A stretch of 64,000 bases of DNA from Amoebophrya sp. A120. Its lineage: Eukaryota > Protista > Dinoflagellata. Of the stretch, positions 1 through 10,660 are shown one piece after another (positions within the stretch are counted from its first letter, which is position 1; every line of letters starts with the position of its first letter). The stretch spans positions 538,609-602,608 of the forward strand of contig CAJINV010000018.1 in assembly GCA_905178155.1 (NCBI GenBank), read 5' to 3'. Both the position numbers and the translations under genes were made by a program. The notes below the pieces were generated by a model. It searched no databases, had not been told where the DNA came from, and saw only the letters and a program-made list of their open reading frames with translations.

Positions 1-3000
1 TCCCACTTCTGCTCCTCTTCTGTCTCTCTTCTAGCAGCAGCTCCACCACCTTTCGCTGCAGGTAGTAGAACGGCTGAGCCTCCTCGAGCAATTCTTCTTG
101 CCAAAAAACCGGCCGCGCTGGTCGTGGTGGTGGAGTCGTTACGGCGATATCACCTTGCTGTAGTTGCGGTCGTCCCGCGTCTCGGCCTTGTTGGAGAAAG
201 AACACGATGCTCCCACCCTGAAATAGCACGGGGGTAGTCTGTTCCTTCTGGTGACCACGCTCGCGCTTTGCAGACGCGGCTCGTTGTTCCTCGGGCAACA
301 TCCCCGTTTCGTTGAGCATCTCGGAGGACCGAGCCGTGAAATCCTGCACAAGTTCCAGCTTGTCCACCAGGAACTTCTTTAGCTGCGCTGGCAGCGGGGC
401 AACCACTTCGAAACGTTTCTGATCCAGCTCAAACCGTTATGAGGGTGCACAAATCCTACTTCTAGTGGTCCTCCCCTCATTTGTATATCCAAAATTATAC
501 CGATAATCGGAATCAACATCGACATCTTGCCTTTAAGCACTGTTTGCATGACAAATAATTTTGGAATCTACTCAAACAGTCAACTACAATCTGCGTAGAG
601 ATTTGTAATGCGGAAAAGCCCCTTGGCTTTGATTTGTCATGCGGAAACGCCCCTTGGCGTTGGCCTCGTCTGCTGTTGCTTGTTTTGTGCTGCTGCTCAT
701 GCTCTTCAAATTATGCGGGGGATGGAACATCAACGGGACGAGTTGCGCACACTCATAAGCCAAGGAGGTAGGAATGGAGAAACAACCTCGGACAAAAATG
801 GCGACTGAGATAGTAGCTTTCATCACCACGACCCCCACCTTTTAGAGATACTCCCTCGTTCTTTGCTGCGGCAGGAGGAGGATCACGAGTTAATCTAGTT
901 CCAGCTGCGGCGGGCCAAGCGGTCGTTGTAGAAGGAGCTGCAGATGAATTACTACTAGAAGAACCTTTATTTTTCCACGAACTTGGGCCGTCCTCTGATG
1001 TTATCTTCTTCCATCGGTATTTGTCGTCGCACACCAGTGGATGCCCAATGTGCTGTATCAAATGCAAAAGTGTCTGGGTCTGGAAGAATGGAAGATTTGT
1101 CATGCAGGTAGTTTTCCATGACCCATGAGGTCAGTAATGCGTGGTCTAGCATCACAGATTTTGAGAGGGCTTCCTGATGCCTGTTCCGCATGAGAAATGC
1201 CCTCTCGCCGTGGCAAAAACTGGACTCCTCTTGCTGGTCATGAATTACAGATTTTTTTCGAATCCGAAGACAGCATCACAAGTCACAACCTTCCAGACCC
1301 AGACATGTTTCCATTTGGTATGCTGCAGGTGCACCCGAATCTGGTGCGTGCGCCCGCTGTGATATGACAATGCACAACTCCCCCTCCCCCTCATTTGTCA
1401 TGCAAAATACCCAATTCACCCATTGCCTCTTGGCACTGCTTGCATGACAAGTTCGGGTAGCCCAAATCGCACTACACTCCACTACAAATTTATCATGCAA
1501 AACCGGCACTCTTGCTGATGCTTGTGCTGCTGCCGTTCATGCTATACAAATGAGGGGGAGGGGGAGTTGTGCACTGTCGTATGTGAATGCTGCATGCGAG
1601 AAGAGAGAAATATCGACGAGAAGCAGGTGTAGATGACGATGTTGCCGAAGCGTGATGAAAACTAACCTCCTCGTCCTGCTCCGGAGTTGATGTAGTAGAT
1701 CCCGGCTTATTTTTAACACCAGGCGCACGACCCGTTATTTCAGCATCTTCTTCCTTCCCTACTTCACCACTTAGTTTCTCTCGAAACCAGCCGACGAGTA
1801 CGAAATCCGTGCGCGCGGTATCAAAATGAAAAAAGCCCCCGCCCCATATCAAATGGGAAATCTGTGACGCAGGATTTGCGTACACAAATGCGCGCTGTCT
1901 TGCAATACGGCATCGCAGCCAGATCCGCAGCCTAGGGAAGGGCGTTGCGGGTCTAGTTGCTTAGCATTGCAAACGGCTGCCCTTTAGGCCCAACAGCATG
2001 CCAAATCGCTTCCATAATGGCGCGGAAGCCTCTGCGTTTGTCTTCTTGCAAGACAGACGTGATTTGTGGTCTCAAATCAACAAGACAAATTTTCGGAAGC
2101 ATGCCTTTTCGATATGGGCAGGGGGGATTTTGCCTCTCAATACGCGGGCTCGGCGTCCTTCGTGCTGGCTACTTCGGACCAGGTGCTGGCGTTCGAGCGG
2201 ACGGTGCGGATGGGAAACTGCAGCGACCCGCGCAAATCCGTCACCTTCCCGTGCACCAGGCACAGGTAGTGCTTCGCGACCTTTTGCTTGTGGAACAGGT
2301 CCCGGATTTTTTCTCGGGCTTTTTTCGTTTTCCCGACCAGCATGGGCCCCGAAGTCTCCCGGTCGAGGCGGTGACAGAGGGGCCCGAACCCCGTGTCCCC
2401 GCTGATAGCCTGGTTCGCGCTATCAACTGCAAAAGTGTCTGGGTCTGGAAGAGTGCAAGGTTTGTCATGCAGGTTTTCCATGACCCATGAGGTGTGGTAT
2501 GTAGGACATAGCGTGACAGATTCTGTGAGAGTTCTATCATGCCTATCCTGCATGAGAAACTGCCCCTCGATTCATCAGGTCAAAAGTGGACGGCTTTTGG
2601 TAATCATGCAACACAGATTTTTACATGAGTCAGATTTAGCATGACAAGTTGCTTTGTTCCAGACCCAGACATTTTTACACTTGATACGCGCTGATTGCGA
2701 ACAAGTTCTGATCGATAGAAAAATTCGCGCGGTTGGCTTGATATGAAATGCAAAAGCACCGTAGTACTATAAATTGCATTACAAATCAGTCCAGGAGCAT
2801 TACAAATTGAATTTCTGATGCTGATTTACCTTGAGAAAGAGATTTGTAATGCATAACTGCAATTATACTACGAGTACGATACTTTTGCACAGGATACTTG
2901 GAGCCAGTTCGCGACGGACTTGTTGATGTTGGTCGAAGTAGAGGCATAGGCATTTGCTTGATTTGTGGTCGTTGTTGTACTGCTAATATTCTTGCGCGTG

Positions 3001-3221
3001 GACGTGGAGGAAGAGGCGGGTTGTGCTTGTGCCGCTCCTCTGCTAAATGCTGTCGTGGCATTACCAGCAGCGGTGGTCGTGCCCACCGTGTTTGGGACTT
3101 GCTGCTGCTGCTGCTGCTGCTCTGTTGAAGGAGAGATCAGCTCACAGGTCCAGAAGGCCGGCTTGGCAATGACGAGAAAATCTGATGCCTCGACCAGCAC
3201 ATGGGGCTTAGAGTCCGACAT
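1..3221 (-). CDS. RluA-family RNA pseudouridine synthase, 6 introner introns, 3' end runs off the window
   Basis: Removing element+1 TSD at 2742, 2421, 1819, 1363, 1056 and 438 gives one frame with LVIAKPA, LCHRLDRETSG, KHYLCLVHG, PARTDF, IHSGRTHQIRVHLQHIGHPLVCDDKY, RLFLHSYLL and FEVVAPLP; open to base 1. Confidence 0.9.
438..757. mobile_element. Degenerate introner (family B-like) in pseudouridine synthase
   Basis: TATGAGGGTGCACAA...TTGCGCACACTCATA ends; TSD decayed; removal with 5 nt restores LL(G/R)FELDQKRF. Confidence 0.65.
1056..1320. mobile_element. Introner family A
   Basis: TIR TATCAAATGCAAAAGTGTCTGGGTCTGGAA; TSD TGCTG; restores HLQHIGHP. Confidence 0.92.
1363..1581. mobile_element. 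Introner family B
   Basis: TIR TATGACAATGCACAACTCCCCCTCCCCCTCATTTGT; TSD TGTGA; restores IHSGRTHQ. Confidence 0.92.
1819..2142. mobile_element. Introner family C
   Basis: Imperfect TIR TATCAAAATGAAAAAAGCCCCCGCCCCATATC; TSD CGCGG; restores AEPARTDF. Confidence 0.88.
2421..2686. mobile_element. Introner family A
   Basis: Family A TIRs; TSD CGCGC. Confidence 0.92.
2742..2896. mobile_element. Introner family D
   Basis: TATGAAATGCAAAAG...CTTTTGCACAGGATA; TSD CTTGA/CTTGG. Confidence 0.88.
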
Positions 3222-4168
3222 TTTGTTTTCGATGTAGTCCAAAATATTGATATATACAGTGGGGGCGGTGGAAAAGGAAAATGAAAAAAAAAAGGGGGAA
3301 GAATGATCAGGAGGGGCAAAAGAACTTCTGTTTCGTTCGGGCCGACGAGAAGACTACAAGAGACCAGGTAGAAAAGCCTCTAAACAAAATCAGAGCACTA
3401 GTGGTCACATAAATTTGCAGGCCATTTTCAAAAAAACAGACCTCCTGCCAAAAAAAGTAAAAATGCGAAAAAAGTAGGCGGAAATGATCCAAATCCTACA
3501 CCTACTCGGGGACACAAGAAAGTGAAGTACAAGTAGGAGCTTTTATCATCTTTGAAATGCGACTTGATAGATTTCTGACACGAAGTTAGTTGGATCAAAG
3601 TCCTGCTTTTCATCAAAATATTAATTTTCCGCGTTGCGTCAATTCAGTTTTTTGGGCGGACAAGACAGTGACCATGAGTGTACCGCTGGGTCGATTGCGG
3701 CGGTTTATGTCGAGATGAAGCATGTGAGTGCAGCCGCAGCTGCACCCAGAGATCTTCGCATACTGCTGTGCCATACGAACACGATGTTTAGCTTTAGCAA
3801 CGAAAACTTATTGCCGCTCAGCAACGTTTGCTGCAGGAGCGGGTTGTAGTCGTGGAGCAATGGAGTGGCAGAACCACAACCACTACCGACGCGTCAATTC
3901 ATCTACAGGACGAGTGGATGCTGGTGCCAGGACTCACTTCAGTAGTTAAGTACCAGTTACTACTGCTGCTGATGCTGATGATGATGATGATCGTGCACCT
4001 GAGCGCTTTACTGGCTTTACCAAAACGTCGAATACTATACACATTTTCTAGGTCGTTTTGGACATCAACAAGTCCAGATCACCTGTTGAGGCGGAATTAT
4101 GGCAACATCCGGAGATCATGAAGATGATCCCCACGACGAGACGAGTCCCCACACGAGGACCAGCGTCG

Positions 4169-4406
4169 TATGGGACTCTCAAACGTTACATTCTCAAGAA
4201 CTGTTACATGGATTTGTGATGCAAGAACACACACAGTGAAGGGAGCAAGCTTGCACTTTTTGCATTACAAATTCGGCACAGATTTCGATTCTGTTTAGCC
4301 CTTCGAGAATTTGTCATGCGAAGTAGCTTGATCGTGGTGTGGCTGATGGCAATTTTGCATCACAAATCATGTAACAGTTGAAAGTGTAACGTTTGAGAAC
4401 CCCGTA
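4169..4406. mobile_element. Introner family E (predicted 3' UTR)
   Basis: TIR TATGGGACTCTCAAACGTTACATTCTCAA; TSD CGTCG. Confidence 0.88.
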
Positions 4407-4420
4407 CGTCGGCGACTCGT

Positions 4421-5885
4421 TCACCGCACTGGCCTCGAATACGCGGACCGCTTGAAGTATGGAGGCGTCAGGATTGAAATCCTCAAAGTTGAAATAGTTT
4501 GTGATGCATGAAATGCAACCCACAATGCGCCTGTCTTGCAGAGTAGGCAAGGGAGGCAGATTGTAAGCCTGTTGAGGGGTCGAAATGATTCTTAAATAGA
4601 GCTGCTAAAGTAGCATCACAAAAGGCGTCTTCCTTACCCAAAACAGCATAAGTATACAAACTGGATTTATGCACTACCAAAATTTGTCATGCGCCACTTA
4701 GAAACTGGGCTCCAACTGGCATCCACTTTATGCATGGCAAATCCTTTCAACTTTGTCGATTTCAATCCTGACACTTCCATATGAAGGGCTTCATTTCTGC
4801 CGTCCAGGTCTCTTTTTCCGGGCACGTTTTTGCGTACACGCAGTTGTATTTGACCACCTACTATGCATCGCAAAAGAAGTAGTATGATCGTCCTGGCACG
4901 CACTCGCACTGCTAGTGTAGACAAGACTGCTTGTAAAAATTATTATACAGGAGGAGTAGATCTTTCTATGTATGTAATTTCGGTAAAAGAACGCGAACGT
5001 CATGCTGCAGCTGCCTGTGGGAGTTCCAAAGAAAGACAAAGACCTGGATGAAAACTCATCCTGTATTGCGGATGGTACGAGTATCGTACTTACTTCTACG
5101 ATGCTTTTGCAGAGGATACCTGCGGGCGGTTTTCGAATTCCGCGTCAAAGCCCGCCTGCCAGCCGAACGCGAGCGGCACCCCCATCTTCCTCGGGATCAG
5201 GTGCTTGATTATCAAATGCAAAAATGTCTGGGTCTGGAAACTTGTTATGCTGAGTGGCGTAGCATGAGAAGGCCACAAGTGCTGGCTCAGCATGACAAAT
5301 TTCTGAGCTTGTAGGTGTTGCCTATTCTGCATGACAAACTGCGTCTCCGCATGACAGAAAAAAACGTCTCTTGGACAATGTGCATGACAGATTTAAGAGT
5401 CATGCCAGACAAGCATGACAAACATGCATTCTTCCAGACCCAGACATTTTTACATTTGATATTGATGTTTTTCTTGCGAAACGTTCTGTCGTAATTCACT
5501 AGGTCCGTGTTAATATGCTCTGCAAAAGTATCGCGCTCGTACTAATTGCACATATGCATGACAAATCATGTCCCTAAAGGTAAAACAGCATTACAAATTG
5601 CATTTGTCATGCTGAGCGAATTTGTAATGCAATTTATACTAGTACGTTTAACTTTTGCAATACATAGTTCAGCTCGCCTTCTTCGTACGCAGGATTCATG
5701 GGTTGGTCCTGGGCAGCACAAAAGCAGAGTGGAAAAGACAAAAGAAACAACGTGGCAAACGACCTGGAAAAACCTGTTCTACTCGTTGTCAAGAACCCTA
5801 ACACGACAGCGCAAAGCGCCGGGGCCACGACCTTCATCGTCGGTGAACAAAAGCCACCAGGTCGTGTGGAATTATTCCTCGGCAT
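4421..5885 (-). CDS. Small hypothetical protein with hydrophobic N-terminus, 4 introner introns
   Basis: Splicing out 5514, 5210, 4862 and 4458 gives one frame ...EEGELN-TDLVNYDRTFRKKNI-KHLIPRKM...NRPQ-VVKYNCVYAKTCPEKETWTAEMKPF-KRSAYSRPVR*; no homolog recognised. Confidence 0.6.
4458..4781. mobile_element. Introner family F
   Basis: TIR TATGGAGGCGTCAGGATTGAAATC; TSD TGAAG. Confidence 0.9.
4862..5118. mobile_element. Degenerate introner family D
   Basis: TATGCATCGCAAAAG...CTTTTGCAGAGGATA; TSD CCTAC/CCTGC; can also be read as GT-AG on the minus strand. Confidence 0.8.
5210..5461. mobile_element. Introner family A (variant interior)
   Basis: Family A TIRs; TSD TTGAT. Confidence 0.9.
5514..5666. 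mobile_element. Introner family D
   Basis: TATGCTCTGCAAAAG...CTTTTGCAATACATA; TSD GTTAA/GTTCA. Confidence 0.82.
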
Positions 5886-6543
5886 GATCTTCTCCGACGT
5901 ATATATTAAGTATTGCTTCCTCCTTCCTGTCCTTGAGGAGCAGAGCTAGCACATCAAAACTGAATAAAACTCAAATTGCGCTATGGGTTTGATTGTCTCC
6001 AAAAGCTCAGCCTTGTAGTAAAATGGGCTTCCTCGTCGGAGGAAGCCATCCCCACCTCATGAAAAAACCAGCTCTAGGACGCAAAACACGACGACGCACA
6101 ACATGAACATCATGTATGATCACCCGGCTTCAGAGTTCTCATGACATAGACAGTTTCCATTTTCCACCGCGCAGACAGACGTCGCGAGATCTGGGACAGA
6201 TCTTGTTCAACTATTTTCCAGCAAGTCCTTGACTCGCTCACCACAAGCAGTGGCGGACGCCTTACTTTGCCTCTACAATTGGCGAACATCAAGGGACTGC
6301 GCTGTCGTAGCTCTTCCCATCTATCTTCGTCCTCACTTTTTTTTCAATTTTTTTCGTCTTCTTTTCATTTTCTAAAAGTTTTGCAGTTTCTTGTCACGCG
6401 GCTCTTGTGTGCGAATTCTTGTAGTTACAGTTAGACTTTCCTTGTTCTGGAGCTGTTCTTAATATAGTGACGCTGGGTCGAAAAATATAAGAGGAGCGAT
6501 ACTCCTGCCGACCGTGATAAGGGTCTTGAAGCTGCACTACTGG

Positions 6544-9500
6544 TCATCATCATCATCATGTTAGTGCTTGTCCTGTGAAAGTTTCCGCTATTCTGTTCTC
6601 TTTCATTTCTTCTTGGACGTGCACACGAACATCGTGCTTTCGACATTTCGGTGTCATTCTGCAGTCCAGGTTTGATCCTGGTTGCGATAGAAAGCCACCC
6701 CTGCGACGTACTTCACTTCTCTTCCACTGTTTTCACAGAAGTCGTCGCCGCACGCCTCGAACAGCGCCTCTGGGTCACATTCTAATTGCCACGCGCCATC
6801 CCGTGCGCCGGGCACTCTGCGCCAGCGCTTGCCGCTGATCTTCGATGTCATTTCCTGCCTTTTTTCCTCTTCCTCTACCCGCTGCTGCTGGATTCTCTCT
6901 CTCTGTTCCGCGTTCCTTGCTTCCATTTTTGGCGTTACTGTTTTTACTTTCCTCTGCCGGTCTGCTCTCTCCGTGGCTACCTTCCTATTCTGTTTCAGGG
7001 TTTCCTTCAGCGTGACGGCGTCGGGGGGGGCGCTTATAAGAGTTTCAAAATCGATGCTGTAGCCCTCCAGGTCTTGCAACAACATTTTCCCCCACTCGGA
7101 TTTGATTTTGACCTCGTTTGCGATCCACGCAGCTGAAGCTTCGGTCTTGTCCCTCGCAGCGTGTCCTACCCAAGCTATTCTTTTTTCTGTTAGCGCTGTT
7201 TCGACGTCGAGGACCCCCATCTTCCGGCAAAGTGCGAGCCGGCTCGCGTACTCCTCTGCCTCTGTTTCTTCGTTTTCGGCGTCTGTCTCGTCCTCTGCGT
7301 CGTGCTCCTTTTGCCACCTGCGCCGTTCTCCTGTTGCGGTTTTCAGAGTTTGCAGTTGGAAGCGCCGCAGCAGCTTCCAGTCGTGTTCCCTCATGGCCCA
7401 GCACTCGCTGTTGTACAACGCGACCGAGCTGCAGAGGCTGTTGCAAAGCTCTGCCTTAAGCCCTTGCGGTGTGTCCCGGTCCTTCCAAATTTTGCTGAGT
7501 TGCCCCACTGTGGCCTTGGCGATCCCTGTCCGCCGCTCTACTTCCTTGCTGGTGCTGCCGTTGTTCGCTATCTGCGTACCGAGGTACTTGAAAGCGCCTA
7601 CTGTTGCCACTTCTTTGCCGTCGTACGTTCTTAGCCCGGCGGGTACTACTACGGCCGCGCGCTGCGCCTTCGCTTTTTCTTCTAGGTATCTCCCTACCCG
7701 GAGCACCTTCTGCTCCTGCGTGCTCATGCCCGGTCGGCAAAAACCCGTGGCCCTGTGCCACTTAAGTGCGCGCGCGTCCGGCAACACATCTCCGCAACGG
7801 GGGCATTTGTGGATGTTCCGCTCCTCATCCACGAATCGGACCTTGCCCACTCGCGAAAGCCTGAGCCGCTCCCCGTCATCCAACACTGCCCAGCTGGTCT
7901 TTTTCAACCAGCACAAACCAAACTTCCCGTCATCCCACACTAGTAGATGGGTCGTCTTTTCCATCGCCGGGGCGATGGATTTCTTGCTTCTTGCTGCGGC
8001 TGCGTACTCTTCCACCAAGTCAACACCATCCCACTCCACCGCCCAACCCCCACGCTCGTACTCCGTTCCCTCCTCAGTTACGAAGCGTTCTTTTTTTGCG
8101 TCTCGGTTGTCTTTTTTGCTTGGTTGGAGCCCTATGGTCATGGCCTCCGTCTTCTTTGCATTCAGCTCGAGCCCGACGAACCTGCAAGCTGCCTGCAGCT
8201 GCAGTAGTGTGGCCTGCGCTTCTGCTGGTGTGTCGCTTCGCACCACTAGGTCGTCGACGAATCCTAGCCACGACAAGTAGCTGACGTCGACCTTGCTCCG
8301 TGCCCAGAGCCCTTCGCGCTGCATTGCAAGCTCGAAGGCCTGCGTTGCGAAGTCTAAAACGAGCACAAAAATCAGCGGGCTCAGGCTTGAGCCCTGCCGG
8401 ATGCCGGATTTCTGTTCTGTTACACCGCTAAGCTTCCCCGGTGCTATCTTCAGCGCATAGGTGGCGGAGCCGTACATTCTCCGCACAAGCTCCACCAGGT
8501 CGGCCGGAAACCCCTGCCACCGGAGTACTGCCGCCATCTTCTCCCAGTCTAAACTGTCGTATGCTTTTTGGAAATCGATGAAGTCATAAACCCGCTCCTC
8601 CCCATTTTTGATCGCGTGCTCCATGTCCCTCAGCAGCCGGAACACGGCGTGCCGGCAGCTGAGGCCCCTCACCGATCCTTTTTGTCTTTTATCGATGGCC
8701 CGGTATGCGCTTTCCCGGATTCTGTTCAAAATTATCAAGCCCACTAACTTCTCGCCAACATGGAGGAGGGCGGCCGGCCGGTAGTTCGCCGGCTCTGCCC
8801 GCGGTCCATTTTTGTGCAGCAACGCTATTGCTGCCTCCAGCCATTTTTCTGGCATCTGTTGCCCCTCGAAGATCTTCTTCACCACCAACCGGAGCACCCT
8901 TCTTGCGGTGTCCGATTGGGCGAAGAATTCGGCCGGGAAGTCGCTCGCGTGGCTCTTCCCTTTTTTCAGCTCCTTGACCGCCTTATCGATTTCGCTATCT
9001 TCCGGACTGCCTGCGTGAGTTGTCTCCCACGTGGGCCGGGGCGGCTGCTGCAACATCTCCTCGCACACCTTCCACGCCGTCGCGCCTTTCAGGCGCTGGT
9101 CTGCTTCTGGTCTCTTCGTCCCTAAAATGCTTGCCCAGAATTCGACGTGTGGCCGCTCCCCCCCGGGCAGGTGTTGCTGCCCCTTTGCCCTCGCCTTTCC
9201 GGCTAACTGGCGGACCGTTTCGTATACGGCCCGCGCATTGCCGCTGCTGTCAGCCTTGCGCAGGTCTTCTATCTTTTCCCGCAGCCATGCTGCCTTGTCC
9301 TCTTTTATTTCGTGTTTTATCTTCCTGCGTAGCCTCGCGTCCGCCTGCCTCGTCCTGTCCCCGCCGGTTTTTAGTTTCCTTCGCTTCGCTATTGTCTTCC
9401 ACGTTCGGTCCGTTATCCAAGGTTTCCGCCGTTGCTCGGGTTTGTTCTTCTTCCACTCGTCTTCCAGTTCCTTCATCAGAGGCTTCATCACCTCCTCGAA

Positions 9501-9660
9501 CTGGTCCCAAGCTGCTGCTGCTGATCTCCCTGGCGCTTCCATCGCCCGCAACTCGTCTTCTGTTAGCGTTTTCTGCAGCTCCTCCTCCACCCGGCTGGCG
9601 GTTTCTTTTTGTCTAATAAGTTGCTTCCCGGTGGCTCCCTTGTGTGTGTGCGCACCCGCA
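6544..9660 (-). mobile_element. 5'-truncated non-LTR retrotransposon (RTE-like LINE)
   Basis: 11-bp TSD TGCACTACTGG at 6533-6543 and 9661-9671; (ATG)n 3' tail at 6544-6560; intact RT ORF; no APE endonuclease domain present. Confidence 0.9.
6654..9660 (-). CDS. Non-LTR reverse transcriptase, N-terminally truncated
   Basis: Motifs KPWIT, NYRPAALL, FIDFQKAYDS, GIRQGSSLSP, FVDD, GLELNAKKTE, FKYLG, LYNSECW, WVGHAAR; the ORF-track start lies inside the TSD. Confidence 0.92.
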
Positions 9661-10439
9661 TGCACTACTGGGTTTAACTACAAATAAAGAATTGCATCTA
9701 TGCGTATTATATGCACTTGCAGGTAGATTCATGCGTTTGCGTCTGCAAGAAGTAAAAGAGTCCCCCCTGCTCCGAACGAATGTTGATTGCGTGACTCATC
9801 GACATCGTGTGCTTCTACTCATAATAGAGATAGAACGTCGAGGTCTGCAAGTTGCAAACCATGCTGCAGCAAGACCAACAAGTCTCGTCAGCGTCTTTTC
9901 CTTACACGACGTGCGGTAGGGCGGCCGGGGAGATGATTTGACTTTGATATAGAAATCTTCATTCACCATCTTCACGTACGCGAGCACCGTTGGCGATTCG
10001 TTTTGCTCCCTCGCCGCGCCCTGGTGATGACGTCGTTCTTTTTACTACTGAGAAATTTTACAATACGTACTTTTGATGAGCGATGAACTCCACACCTAAG
10101 TCTCAATAAACGCTCCGTGAGTTGTTATGTCCTTACGCTGAAATTATAAGGACCTACGTCCATGAACATATTAGGCATAATCATGATTTAGATTTTTCTT
10201 TTTCAATCGTACACTATGGGCACCCGTTCGTGGTAAAGTGGCACCATCAAGCTTCAGTGGCACCCGTTCGTCGCGGTAAAGAAGTTGTAAAAGATGGATC
10301 TACTTTCGTACTTGAGTACTCAATAGCGCACCCACGACCACCTCGAAGAGGGCCGGGCTACGTATTTTGTTTGCCGACTTTCCATCCTCGTTGTAGACGT
10401 CGATGGCTCTGGCTCGTCGTCGTCCCACCTCGCTCCGAT

Positions 10440-10650
10440 TATCACAGGAAAAAAGTGTTACAGTTACACATGTGTTGGAATTTCTGCATCACAAACTTGC
10501 TCCACTTGGCAAAGAAAACCTGTGATGCGCAGACTATAAGGGAGAACACGCACGAAATGAGGCTGGCAAGCATTTTTTGCATGACAGAGGTTGTCTGTCT
10601 TGCTTGTCTTCCATCAGGGTGTGTAACTGTAACACGTTTTTCTTCCCATA
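10440..10650. mobile_element. Introner family H (predicted 3' UTR)
   Basis: TATCACAGGAAAAAAGTGTTACAGTTACAC...GTGTAACTGTAACACGTTTTTCTTCCCATA; TSD CCGAT. Confidence 0.85.
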
Positions 10651-10660
10651 CCGATTTATT

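Noticed and set aside
967-1191. Recurrent short ORFs with FQTQTLLHL, CKNVWVWK, YEYDTFA or SAQLPLPLICI
   Set aside because: They are translations of introner TIRs, not a protein family.
9661-9665. Start codon of the 1003-aa RT ORF
   Set aside because: It is a GTG within the target-site duplication; the element is 5'-truncated.
7102-9687. Long plus-strand ORFs of 392, 198 and 218 aa
   Set aside because: Antisense shadows of the GC-rich RT ORF.
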